Both the position numbers and the translations under genes were made by a program. A DNA stretch of 62,550 nucleotides, the filler included, from Asterionella formosa (lineage: Eukaryota), in assembly GCA_002256025.1 (NCBI GenBank). It is 9 parts of 9 records of this genome, joined end to end, with 100 filler letters (N's around TTAATTAATTAA, not from the genome) between each part and the next. Parts side by side here need not be neighbours in the genome. Positions count along the whole stretch, not along the records: positions 1 to 25,459 come from NKIB01001963.1; positions 25,560 to 51,020 come from NKIB01001968.1; 7 more parts are not named here. One strand, written 5' to 3'. Below are positions 24,870 through 36,787 of the stretch, in pieces (the stretch's first letter is position 1; the number at the start of each line of letters is the position of its first letter). Below the pieces are notes generated by a model. It was given only the letters and a program-made list of their open reading frames with translations. It ran no database searches and was not told the DNA's origin.

Positions 24870-25459
24870 CCACTTAAAAACTGTAAGCCACCGCTAAACG
24901 GAGTAAACGCACGGTTTGAACTTATTTTACAAGATACGCTATTTATTGTCACGAACGAGTTGTTCAGATTTATATAGCGAGTAAATACTTCCGTACTTGT
25001 GTTGTTGCATTGTGTACATTGTTAATTAGGTATTATCGCCCAAAGGTTGCTGTCGACGTGAAATTGCGAAAATTGGATATTTTCACGTTTACTCGATTGA
25101 GCAAGCATCACCTTTTATATACGTATCCAGCTATGACAATATTCCTCCGCTAGAAAACTAATTTAGTATCCTCTAAAATTTATTTAATATGGCTACGACG
25201 TCATTGCGCTTTCGCTCGTGCGCCATAATAAAGAGATAAATTCACTAATGGAAAACGTCAAATAGGAATTCCTGGCGCGCCCGAATTATGAGTACAAAAA
25301 TTAAATGCAAACACACAACAGTCACCCATCACCCATCACAATACCAACATCATGACCTCGAAAGCGCCTCGACAAGGCAATGTCTTGCCTCGAAAGAAAT
25401 TGTCTCCTGAAGAGTTGGTCAGTGTTCAGATTTGTCTTAACAATGTGATTAGGGAGCTA
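24870..25459 (+). mobile_element. Left end of a pogo/Tc1-mariner-like element with the transposase N-terminus (MTSKAPRQ..., ATG 25352), contig-truncated
   Basis: Begins TA|CCACTTAAAAACTGTAAGCCACC. Near-identical to 50306-51020 but with a different flank. Confidence 0.7.
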
Positions 25460-25559
25460 NNNNNNNNNNNNNNNNNNNNNNNNNNNNNNNNNNNNNNNNN
25501 NNNTTAATTAATTAANNNNNNNNNNNNNNNNNNNNNNNNNNNNNNNNNNNNNNNNNNNN
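25460..25559. other. Artificial contig linker (N44-TTAATTAATTAA-N44); also at 51021, 52669, 54317, 55965, 57613, 59260 and 60907
   Basis: Identical 100-bp spacers with stops in all six frames. Flanked contigs measure 25459, 25461, 1548 (x4), 1547 (x2) and 1544 bp. Confidence 0.97.
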
Positions 25560-26857
25560 TTTTTTTTCAGAACACACCATTTTGTCTGAAGAAGACCAAA
25601 TGCCATTTCTATTCTTATCCTTAGCTGTGAAAGGAAAAAGTTAAATGTATCCTGTGTTGGATCATCACGTTGTGAGCCAACAAAGGGAACAAGCATTACA
25701 TCAGACAATGTGTAAGCTGCATCGCCGACCAGATAAAAACCTGTGTTGAATGCTGCAACTTGATCGAAAATGGAAGTTTTTTCAAAAGCTACTTGGTCAC
25801 TGCATTTTCCCGGTGCAATTACACCAAAATAAATAAATCTTGAGTCAGCATCACAAACAGCCTGGACATTGATTCCATAAGTCATGTAGTGACCGGAAAA
25901 AAATGAACCAGGGTTGTTGCCACTTTCAACTATAGTCGGGCGGTTGATGGTGGCAAGGAAGCCGTCAATAGCACCAACACATCCTCTCATCACGCCCTCT
26001 GAGCTTTTGCATTCAAAGCTGGAAGCCAATTTGATAAATTCTTCTTTTTCTTTTGGAAAAATAATTTCGAGTTCTTCACAGTTTAGTACAGCATCAATGA
26101 ACAAATCACGACATCGATAAAGTGAAGCAATGCTACAACCGTAGGCATGACGAATGTCGATGTAACTGCCACCAGCCAGCCATCGCAAACCAATGGCTAC
26201 CACAATTTCGGGAATTATGGGCTCAGAAGTGCCACATTTGGAATAATTCCCTGCAATCTGAATTTCCAGCATGGAGGTGAGTTTTTTGAATGCTCTGTGT
26301 GACATTCTGTATGTCTTCTCGAAAGCAATCTCGTGATTGAGTTTCTCGACATGTGATTGCCAGGAGATTCTTTCGTGGTGCCACTTGTGCCTTCGTTGTC
26401 GTCGTCGTTCAGATGACTGAAGCTGCCGTTTACAGCGTCGCCTTTGTCGTTTGGATGAGTGTTCTTTTTCCTCTGCTTCCTTAGTTAAATGACAGAGGAA
26501 GAAGAAATCAAGATCACTACTGTCATCGTCATTATCATCAAGTAAATCAAATGGCGACGACATGATTCATGCAAATGTGTGTTTTTAATATTATATTTAG
26601 TTTCCCGGTAATTATATTTTGTTGTTGCTTGATATCAAGACCATCATTATATTCTGGAGGGATATACACATGATCTTCGCCAGCCTGTTGCCGTTGAAGA
26701 TTCATTTTACTCCATGATACAATGTGATCACAAATTAGTGATACAGTGACACTTTTGGAATGAATGAAATTCAGTTCAAATCGAGTTACCGTTGCTGATA
26801 CATTTTCAAAAAAATTCAAATTCCGTGATACACGAAAAAAAATGATAAGAACGACCC
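25560..26857 (-). mobile_element. PIF/Harbinger element, copy 1, with open DDE_Tnp_4 transposase (26563 to contig end)
   Basis: Motifs LRWLAGG, GCVGAIDG, INVQAVCD, YLVGDAAY, RIRIEMAFG. Terminus AATGATAAGAACGACCC|TTA (TWA target). TGATAC subterminal repeats. Confidence 0.9.
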
Positions 26858-27164
26858 TTATGATATCATAGGTTTCGGAGGGAGTTAACATACCGGTTTT
26901 ATCATTGCTTCTTTGACACAATACCGTATGTATTATTACAGTATGAAGTATAGGGAGCATAACTTTCGCTCCGACAAAAGAACAATCATAAATACACACT
27001 CCACGACCGAGACAAGCGCGGTTCTTCCTGTAGTAACTTATCACATACAATAGTTCTTTATTTCGTTGCCTACGAACCGAAGTACCGGAATCATCATTAT
27101 TCCCTGATTTCTGTTATACTATATATGGCAGTACCATCGAATCTCCCTCGAATACCTTTCCGTA

Positions 27165-28286
27165 ATGGTGAAACGCTGGGATAGAGAGAGGCCTACCTTG
27201 TACAATCTCTGCAGTGAGCTACTGTGGCCCGATGTCATTCGACGAGCCCGCAGTCACCCCGACGAAGTTGTCTGGCGTGACACTAACGGGGGAACTGCCT
27301 TCCATCATGCCTGCAGATTCCACGAATCTAGCGAGGTTGTGCGTGAGATGCTCAAGACATGCGAGTCAGCTGGATACATGCAGGACAAGGATGGATCCAC
27401 ACCTCTGCATGTCGCTTGCTGGAACGGTTCTGATGAAGTGATTCAGTTGCTAGTGGCCGCGAGTAGCGATGTCGTATCCATAGTCGATAATAACGGGATG
27501 ACTGCTCTTCACTTGGCATGTTCCAGCTGGCCTCCTCCATCGGATCATACAATTGAGCTGCTGCTCAAAGCTGATCCGGAAATATCCATGCTGGCTGATA
27601 ACAGCGGCCAAACTCCTCTTTCCCTCTTGTGCAGTCGGCATCAACCTAGGATGCGTTTGGCCTTGGAAAGTATTGACAGAGGAATGGACCGTGAAGCTGT
27701 CTACAGTGGTGTTCTCGCCACTTTTTGGAGGCAGCTGAGACTTTTGATGAATGCAAACATTGGTGAAAAATGGTCTATGGATGACAACTGGAAACTCGTT
27801 CATGCATGCACCACGATACCTGATTGCCCGAAGATTCTTTTTGAACTGGCCCTGAAACTCCACCCAGAGCAAGTGCAGGAAAAACAAAGTGGAAGCCTTC
27901 CTCTTCACTTGGCAGCGGAATGCCCTTCCTCTCAACTTGACGAAACTCACCGTGATGGATATTATGTGTGTTGGTTGATTTCCCTCTTTCCAAAGGCTTG
28001 TAGTATTCCCGATGGGATCGGTCGACTTCCCATTCATATTGCAATTCAAAGCGGGAAATCGTGGGAATATGTTTTGCAAAAGATATTCAAAGCCAACCCG
28101 AATGCAATTTTGATGAGAGATGGTCAGCACTTTTTGTTACCATTTATGTTAGCAGCCCTTTCTAATGGAATACACAATCAGAGAGCCAGTCAATTTCGCA
28201 GACTGCCTCTAAATGCTGAATTGAGTACTGCCCTGGAATTGTTGCGAGCAGATCCCAGTGGTATCAAGCACGCAATCAACGCATAG
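27165..28286 (+). CDS. Ankyrin-repeat protein
   Basis: 373-aa ORF with repeated G.T.LH.AC motifs (GGTAFHHAC, GSTPLHVAC, GMTALHLAC, GQTPLSLLC, GSLPLHLAA, GRLPIHIAI). Confidence 0.9.
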   Translation: MVKRWDRERPTLYNLCSELLWPDVIRRARSHPDEVVWRDTNGGTAFHHACRFHESSEVVREMLKTCESAGYMQDKDGSTPLHVACWNGSDEVIQLLVAASSDVVSIVDNNGMTALHLACSSWPPPSDHTIELLLKADPEISMLADNSGQTPLSLLCSRHQPRMRLALESIDRGMDREAVYSGVLATFWRQLRLLMNANIGEKWSMDDNWKLVHACTTIPDCPKILFELALKLHPEQVQEKQSGSLPLHLAAECPSSQLDETHRDGYYVCWLISLFPKACSIPDGIGRLPIHIAIQSGKSWEYVLQKIFKANPNAILMRDGQHFLLPFMLAALSNGIHNQRASQFRRLPLNAELSTALELLRADPSGIKHAINA

Positions 28287-30813
28287 CGAGTTTTTCGTTT
28301 TAGAGAAGTGCATGCTTCTCGATCCAATCTGTCGTTCTTTCACTGAGTGCAAATGCATCCATGACCCTTTTCATCATTACTGTGCACATAAATCTGGTAT
28401 CTGTCCCAAGTACTGCCGTTCTCTGTCCTGCAATGATACAGCTGTGCACATAAATGATTAATGTTTTCTGTACTTACTGTTAAGTGATTTACTATGAATG
28501 CTTTCTTTTGGTAACGATGAGTAGCAGTACAACGCTCTTGGTCTAGGAGTCCCAGTTTTCAACATTACAACTTGACAACATCCAACCATTCCATACATGT
28601 TTATGAGGTATATTTGGACATGTTACAACTTAGTACTGAGTGGCCTTGGTCCTCATCGGTGAAGGAGTGATTTTCATTTTGCACTTTTCCCTTAACTTCC
28701 AAATATTAAAATAGTGTAGTTACATTAGTTAGTAGCTACATAAAGTTTGCCATAGACTATGCCAGGGACCAAACTCATCTGTCCTGCATGCTGTCTACTG
28801 GTATTATACATATTTACTATTACTGGTACCTGGTAGTAGCAGGTATCTCAAGCAACCTTTTGTGCTTCAAATGTTCGTTGATAAAATGGGCAATTGAAAG
28901 TCATTGTAAAAACAATCCTAAACAGTCTTTTGTTTTCTTAGCTAAATAAAAATTGTTTTCATGATGCCAATCGACTGAAGCGAAATGAGGGTTTGATTGC
29001 TGCATTTCGATTTTCAATTTCTTCATCTTTCTGAGAATCTTGGCAGAATTCCAGACTTACGCTTGTCAAGCATAAGTCTGGAATGCTGCCAAGATTTGCT
29101 GAACTACAAAGAAGAAGACGAAAATCGCAAAGCGTGTATTTCGGAGATTCATCACACATATGTCTTTTTGTAGAAACCTTTGTTGGTTTTTTCTCCCTAT
29201 GATCACAACACAGTAACATAAAGTACTATAGGCATCTGTTGAGAGGCTCCACTAAAACTAAAATGAAACTCGGAAAAGAAGTTTTACCTATTGGAAAAAC
29301 AGGTGAAAACAGCCCGGAAAATACAAACATTTGACTGCGGCAAAGGTTGGATGTGATGCCTTGCGCTCCAACTCGACGTGGCAGTGGCAACCCGAAAGTC
29401 ACAGGAAATTTGAGTCACGATTTATATTCTGGAGCGGTAAGCAATGGCCTCACCATGAGAAAACTCCTGATCATGTTGTGGACCACAATAAGCGATCAAT
29501 TTAAGTGTAATTTAAGTGTTACTAATTATTATTTTAGCAGGAAAGTCGGTTTTGCAGTCGCTAGCTATTTTCGTTCTGCCTACCCAGAGCGAACCCCGAG
29601 TCCGCGCACACCACGTATTTGATGCCGCACATACTTTTTGATTTCTTTCTTCTAGAGTACGGAGTACATACCGTTATACCGTTACCTGGCATGGTAGGAG
29701 TACCTTTTACTGGTAAGCACGTATGTTTTATAGCCTCTAACATCCGTTACCTCGTACTCCCTCACCGTGGTACCGGCTGCACTATCATTAGGGAGTCCAC
29801 TGCTGTCCTGCGCTCTTTGTTTCTTCTTCATAGCAAATGTATGTGAGCTATATGTAAGATACAAATACAATGAGGTCGCTGGCTCGTCCCAGCCATTTTG
29901 TGTTCTTTTGCTTTATACTCGTATTCATAAATTTTGTAAATTCCTTTTAAGTTGTCTGGCAGGCGTGTTCCCGCTCGTTTTAAGGCGGTACCGGTAATCA
30001 AATGTTATACACAGGTACCGGCATATCAGCAAAAAATATACAGGTATGGGATGAGTGATCATGTCAAGGTCACGAAGGATACGAAATTTTTCGAAGGAAC
30101 TGTCGATGGGGACAAATTGAATCATGAAGACAAGGTACCAGGTACCTTTTACATACTATGTATACCTGGTAGTCCCCTGGTATCAGGGTACCACCCTGGC
30201 CCTGGCACCGTTAAATAGCTAAGACCGGTAGACTACCTGGTACCAGGTACCAGGTCCTTGTATGACATAGCAACACAATCTTAAATTTATTCATTTTAGA
30301 ATAAAATATATAATTCAAAAGTGTCTGCAAGTAAATACGGTTGACGGTCAACCTCGATTTTCAAATGATACATGACCGCCAAAAGTAGCCAACATGTAGC
30401 ACGAGCCAGAAATGTCATTATCCGTCCTGCTTTCATCAGCAGCTAACGCTTGATGATGTCGTTATTTTTAGCTTTCGCCACTTACATGTTGTTTTATTCG
30501 AGCCGTTTACCAGTCTCATCGTTGAACATGCAGTTTTTTCAATGTTCACAAGGTCTGATCATAAATATTCGTATTTTGTTATAAATAATAATATACGTGC
30601 ATACGTGATAATAACCGCAACCTTGTCTTCGAATTTCGTTATTGACACTCTTTGACCCTCATGAATGAGTGAATGAATAGCTCTGTCCAACATTGCTGCA
30701 TTGCATTTAGAACATCTTGCTCGACTTCTTTCTGGGAGACGTTGTATTGTGTCTGAGCCCTCACTGTCGAGTTCGGTCCGATCGCCAAACAACGCCAACG
30801 TCAACACGTCAAC

Positions 30814-33800
30814 ATGAGCGTTAGCCCCGAGAGCGCTCGTTCCGACCTGAACTTTGACACGTCTAGCGATCATGAGACAGCCTGGTCGTCCTCATTATCA
30901 AGAATCAAACAAAGCAGGCGAGTATATGGAAAGACTGGTGGTCGTCAACGCGACGCTGGCTTGGCAAAGAAGAAACGCAGGAGCATCCAACGACAACAAG
31001 AACGCGAGAGTAAACCCGACCCTGCTCACTTCGAAGATGACGAACTAAATGACGGGAATGCTTTGGACCAAATGGCTTCGGCCACGTCCCCATCGTCGTT
31101 TTGTCAGGCTGACAGTTTTCGGAAACAAATGGACCTCACTATACGCCCGAAAAGAGGCTCCCATACTCGATCATTGTCTTTCCCTGTAATGGTTGGACTT
31201 CCAGACATGGATCATTCGCGCTCTCGTCCTCCTTCTGACCCTTCTTTGACAAGTTCGTCGTCTTTGTCGGAATGCGATCTTGAAAATTTTGACCCCAATA
31301 TTATCTCACAAAATAGCCAAGATTTCAGAGAAGCAGAAACTCCCCCCTCAAAGCCACCGTTAAAGATAAAGAAGTTAGAGCTGGATTCCATCAATGAAAC
31401 CTTGAAGACTAGACCACGAAAGATACGGAACATCTCTAACTCTGGACCGCTGTCCAAAAGCTTCTCGCTTGTGGCAAATTCTGGTGAGACCTGGACCAAA
31501 GCCTCCGGCGATGACTTGCCCAGTCCAAGGGCCTCTCTCGTGTTTGATGTATGTGATCTTGATACAGCTGGATTGTCACCTGATAAGAGTATCACTGTCA
31601 GTGTGACCTCGTCTCGAAAGCGGTGCGTTTGGGAGTTCGATGACGACATCGAAGAAACCACCCAAGGATTAGGAGGCGGGGGCCTCCGTAGGTCGAGGTC
31701 TAGAGTCTTTTCTTCCTGCTCTTCTCTGAAGCTTCAAGCGTCCCACCCCTTTGTTTTTGATAATGACGAGGACGCGAACATGCGAGAAAATGAAAAAGAA
31801 TTCGAAACGTCTGATGATGATGATGACGACGACACGGAACTTGGTTCAGACATTCCTGATGATCTCTCAATGGAGGGATCTTTAGATGGTTTCTTGAACA
31901 AAAATATTCAGGTTAATGAAGGCTCCGATGAGTCATCTTTCATGCCTCCTCTCAATGTCCGACGATCAGCCTCAAAAAAGTTCGAAGATTGTGTTTTTGG
32001 AGTGTCTGGGCGGAAAAGTGTCAAGCTATCTGAGAGTGATATCCTTCGAACGATGCCTTCATACGAGAATCTCAAGTTTCTTATAAGGAGATTGCGCACG
32101 GAGAAAAAAGGAAGCGTAATCTCCTCTTTTGGAAAGAAAAACAGTTGGGCAATTGCTCCGCTAGGTTCGTGGTCGCCTGACTTACGAGTCGCATTCCTTC
32201 AATGGGGCACCAAAGTGCTTGGTTTCACTGTTCGTTCCGGTGGCGGTTCCATCGCATATCTTCAAATATCATCAACAAAAGGACTTGAATTATTGGATAC
32301 ATTAGAAGCAGCCCTTAAGGAGCACCGAGAAACTAACGGGAAAGCTAAGGCGCCGGAATCCATCGCGGTACCCATTTCCGTGGAATTCAGCATACAAAAA
32401 TCACGACAGCCGACACCTTTGTTCGATTTTTCAGTCGGCAAGCCAAGGTGTGTACATTTAATAAGGCCCTTCTGAAATTATGTTGTCTAATATTTTGTCT
32501 AACGTCTAATTTGTTTCTACAAAGCCATCGCAGTTTCGGTCTCACGCCTCTTATGGACGAAGACAACGATCTTGATTTGGAGTTACTCGATGCAGTGAAC
32601 TCCATTGGACTTACCGACAAGCCTAATCAGAATAACCGTGATTCGGTAGCGTCCCTGACTCGTCACGTCACCTTGGAACCGCGGCAAGATTGTTTGGATG
32701 GAATTGTTGACAATGATGCTCAATGCGGCAGACCGTCGAGGCATTCCGGTGAGCACCATTCAGGTGGCCTTGATTTGCTCCAGAACATGCATGGATACAG
32801 TCCCATGTCGACATCAAGGCGTCCAAGCCGACTGGCTGGCAATCGCCAGCCTGTTTGCTCTTCGCCTTTTGTTGCATCAGTACACTCTGGTGCAAGAGGT
32901 CGATACTCACATGGCAGCGAGTGTGTGGAAACCCCCATGGCCAAGTTTGGGATCGTAGATTGGGGATCACATCAAAAAGGACGAGACTGGGGAATTAGTA
33001 AATGTTGTCCAGAACTCATCCTTCACGAGTTGGTTCGTCGGTTTGAAGAACGATTATTGAATGAGGGAAATGAGCTAGAGTCTGCATGTGAGGGAGTCGA
33101 TGAAAACGCATCTGCATCATCCGTTTTTGTGAGTTTCGAAGTTGCTGGCGCTGGATCTAAAACAGGCGACCTTGGTTTTGATTTTGAAGTAGACAACGAT
33201 GCAGGAGCAAGAGAAGGCTCAGACGTGGAAGGAGATGACGATGACTTCTTGACAAGTGACATACAGGGGGGCCGTCGCAGTAGTGTGGGTGCGTCACTCT
33301 TATCAGGTCTTAATCTGAAGGACGATGAAGACAGTAAGAAGGTCGCCAGACGTCGTATGGGATCTCTCGCCAAACATCACCGAGTGTCCCTTTGTGCCCA
33401 GATGGTTGACTCTCGGGTGTCTTTGCGTCCGCGAACTTCATCGTTCGCTGCAACTGATGTTGTATATGGTTTGTCGAGACCAAACGAGCTTCTGCTCTCG
33501 TCATTTGGGATCACTGAAACGCCTCTCGAAGGAATCGAAAATTGCTCTAAATTTGAAACCTGTGCTGTACAGCAAGCGACGTCATCCATGAAGATTTTGT
33601 CCTTTGTTTTCTCATTCCTATCTGAGGTTGAACTTCTGTGTGTCACTACTCCTGTGTGCTCTTTGTGGGCTGATGCTTCCACTGAGGCCCATTCCAACCT
33701 CATGCTTATCAGCGTCGGCTGCGTTGGAAATTCTGCAGAAATAGATGATGATTTGGACGAAGAAACGGAGCGCTCTTCAGTTGCAATATCAATGGAGAGG

Positions 33801-35276
33801 CCTTGGAGTTTTCTCTTAGATCGATTCCCATGGGCGTGTTTCTTGTCGGAGGGAGCATTCAAAAGAGTTTACAAAGTCTGGAATTCACAACTTCAAGCTG
33901 AAGAGGCACTATCTGTTATGGATGTCACTGTCATCGAGGAAACAGGGAACAAACATGTTGTTGGAGCTGAGTTGGCCGTCTCGGCTCTCCTTTCCTCCCT
34001 TGTGCGAAGAAATGTGTGTCCTAACTTTGTTTTGACAAGGCAAGTATTCACCAGCCAGTATGAACCCCCAGCAAGTCACTGGGGTTGTGCTCAAAAGAAA
34101 AACCCGAAAGGCTCTTTCTATGCTCCCGGGACCAAGTTAGGACGAAAACCTAATTTACCGCAAGGCAAGCCCCAAGGGCTATTTCAGTACATGAGGATGG
34201 AATTATGTACAGAAGGCGACATTGAAGAGTTCATCAAAAGGCAGCCTGATGAGATAATGTCAACCGACGACGCCAGATACTTGTTGTTTCAAATGGCTTT
34301 CTCGCTTCATGCAGCAGCCGATCGTTTCAGCTTAAAACATTATGATGTCAAGCTTCTCAACTTTTTTCTTCAAACGATTTCTAATGTTGAAACGAAGTAT
34401 ACCGTTCTTCGGTACGGCTTAGGTTCTCATACCTTCTCAATGAGAATGGAAACTAGCCGTGCACTGGTTGCAAAGTTGGCTGACTACGGAACGGCAAATG
34501 TACAAGCAGAGTCTAACGGCCAACCTGTGACCATAGGTCACTTTACTACCCTTGAGAACACTCCTCCCGATTTTTTGATTCTTGGAGACGCTGCAACTCA
34601 AGGCCACGGACATGATGCATTTGGTCTTGGCCTCTGTATGCTCCATTTATTTACGGGACATGCACCGTACGAAGAAATTTTGGAAGAAGTCCGTTGTCCT
34701 TTAGGGCTGATGAAGAAGTTAAAGAAAATTTGGGAGGATGAAGGTGCAAGCGGATATGACGTAATCCGTTCTGTCATCCTTGCGGATGTCGAAAAGGATG
34801 AAGACGGAGTGATAACAGAAGGACAACCTGATGAAACATTTTACCATACCTTCTATCGATACCTTGTTCTACTCGGAATTCCAGAAGAAAGGTTTCATTT
34901 CAAAACCTATGGTAGAGTTTGGCGGGCAGTGTCGACTTCGATTGAGAGCGACAGAAAGCAAAGAAGGGGCTACGGGAACAACCATCCGGGAAAGAATAAA
35001 TGCCCTGATGCTGTTCAGTATGCAAATGATTGCGAGACATACTCATTGTCATGTGGAAACAATGTATTCATTGCACGCGCTCGAGATCGGCTGAAGAAAA
35101 TGGAAGGTGGCTTGGAGCTACTCCTATCACTTCTCAGTTTTGATCCCGAAAAGCGTGCGACAGCAACTGATGTACTTAACTCGTCGTTCATGGCTCAGTT
35201 GCGCGAGGGATCAAATAACATGTCATTTGATAGTGATGATCACGTCCTATCGTACATGGCCTACGCTACAACATGA
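30814..35276 (+). CDS. Large two-exon atypical Ser/Thr protein kinase with an F-box-like motif
   Basis: ORFs 30814-32447 and ~32525/32534-35276 join in frame through an intron from 32448 (GT...CTAAT...AG). Kinase motifs SEGAFKRVYK, MELC..GD, HYDVKLLN, ADYG, D.FGLG, FDPEKRATA. Confidence 0.85.
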
Positions 35277-35314
35277 TACGATAGGGGAACTAGAAAAAGT
35301 TAATATCTTTACCA

Positions 35315-36787
35315 CTAGCAAGTTGATAGACAGCCAGGGCAGTTGTGTAGTGTCTCGTGTAGATACGCGTCACAGTCAGCACATAGCACATTCTTGCAAT
35401 CCGGACACTGGAATCGAAGAATTTCTTCTCCTGCTCCATCTTGCTTATCCTTTTTCTTTGGGCAATCCTCCGATGTTATTGTTGTTCCTATCATTTTTGA
35501 GCACGCATAGCAGCACCGATCGAAGTCCTGTGACGAGGTCACCAGTGATTCGTCCATTTGAAAAATGTGGAACATACCACTCGATACTACTGACTCTTGT
35601 GCTGTTTCCGTAGCAGCAATCAAGCAAGTCTCCAGTGGAATATCAGAAAATGGCGGTACTGGGAACAAATGGTGAAAGGACCGAGCCAAATGAGGGGACA
35701 ACACCAACTTGAGTCCACATACAGCACAGTCAGTAGGTAGTTCCGAAGCCTTGGCTTGACACTGAGGACAAACATAGGCTGTCCGAGTCAATAGCTTGGT
35801 ATCACGTGTGGCGTGGACGAGCGTTGGCACGTCGCCAATGGTTCTCGTCGGGAAGCCCATTTTTACCATTTCACAGCCCATCTCATGCAAGCGCTTCAAG
35901 GCCGGGGGTGGAACACATTGTCCGCCCATCAGCCAATCTCGGAAGTGCGACTTATCGATGCATACACCCATAACACCTCCAGTTTCCTCGGCAAGCTTGC
36001 GGCAAATGTACAGTTCAGCGGAGAGGGCCAGAGCGGACACTCGTACATTCGCTGTTTGTAACCGCGGAAGAGTTTCAGTCAAAATGTTTCCTGGATCGCA
36101 CGTGGAGAGTGCTCCACACAAGACCACAATCTCACGAGATCCATGACGAGGCTGATGACCCAAAGATCGGCCTGCCACTTCCAAGCCGTTTTGCAGTGAG
36201 AATTCTCCTCCCTTTGCTGGGGGCTCCGATGCCGTCAGCAGTGAAAATGATTGGAGAGCTAACTTGTGAGATTTCGCGTTGGATGATAACTGCGTCAAAA
36301 TTTCTGCTTCCCCGTTTCGCAAGACAATAAAGCCGAGATGCGAGAGTGGATTTTGATCGTAATATTCTTGAACAAACTCTTGAAGCATCTGCAACGTGAC
36401 GTCGAGTCTTGTTCCTGGTGGCAAGACCGGATCTTTTTCTCTCATCCATCGACTGGCATCAACTAGAATGTATAAATACCGAATCATGTCACGAACAACT
36501 CGTTTTCGTTTTAGACTGTAATCTGATTGCTCCAAGCGTCGTCGCCGGCGTCGAATGGCTTCTGCTGCGGAAAGCCGATTATTGGCCACGATGATGTTCC
36601 CGTCGGCATCTTCTCGCACGGCTGTCTCCCAGGACTGCTCACCCGCTGTATCTTCCCAAACGTGCTGATTGGGAGCGTCTTCCGTGGCACCGAGAGCGGA
36701 TCCGTTCATGGCTATTACGGATGAGACGACGCTGACAGGGAAGTCTGGGTTGGAATGATGTTGCCCTTCGCTCTCGGCATGCAACAT
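35315..36787 (-). CDS. GTF2H2: General transcription factor IIH subunit 2 (p44/Ssl1)
   Basis: vWA/Ssl1 domain (EYYDQNPLSHLG, SLQNGLE, LSTCDPG), C4 zinc finger followed by SPHLARSFHHLFP, and C-terminal C1-like finger (CDAYLHETLHNCPGC). Confidence 0.95.
   Translation of the reverse strand: MLHAESEGQHHSNPDFPVSVVSSVIAMNGSALGATEDAPNQHVWEDTAGEQSWETAVREDADGNIIVANNRLSAAEAIRRRRRRLEQSDYSLKRKRVVRDMIRYLYILVDASRWMREKDPVLPPGTRLDVTLQMLQEFVQEYYDQNPLSHLGFIVLRNGEAEILTQLSSNAKSHKLALQSFSLLTASEPPAKGGEFSLQNGLEVAGRSLGHQPRHGSREIVVLCGALSTCDPGNILTETLPRLQTANVRVSALALSAELYICRKLAEETGGVMGVCIDKSHFRDWLMGGQCVPPPALKRLHEMGCEMVKMGFPTRTIGDVPTLVHATRDTKLLTRTAYVCPQCQAKASELPTDCAVCGLKLVLSPHLARSFHHLFPVPPFSDIPLETCLIAATETAQESVVSSGMFHIFQMDESLVTSSQDFDRCCYACSKMIGTTITSEDCPKKKDKQDGAGEEILRFQCPDCKNVLCADCDAYLHETLHNCPGCLSTC

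Noticed and set aside
25504..25515. Recurrent TTAATTAATTAA palindrome
   Set aside because: Synthetic six-frame stop spacer inside the N runs.
24870..26857. Pogo-like left end followed twice by a Harbinger transposase across a gap, suggesting a composite element
   Set aside because: The gaps are artificial linkers between length-sorted contigs, and in the second case unrelated flank plus the Harbinger's own TIR intervene.
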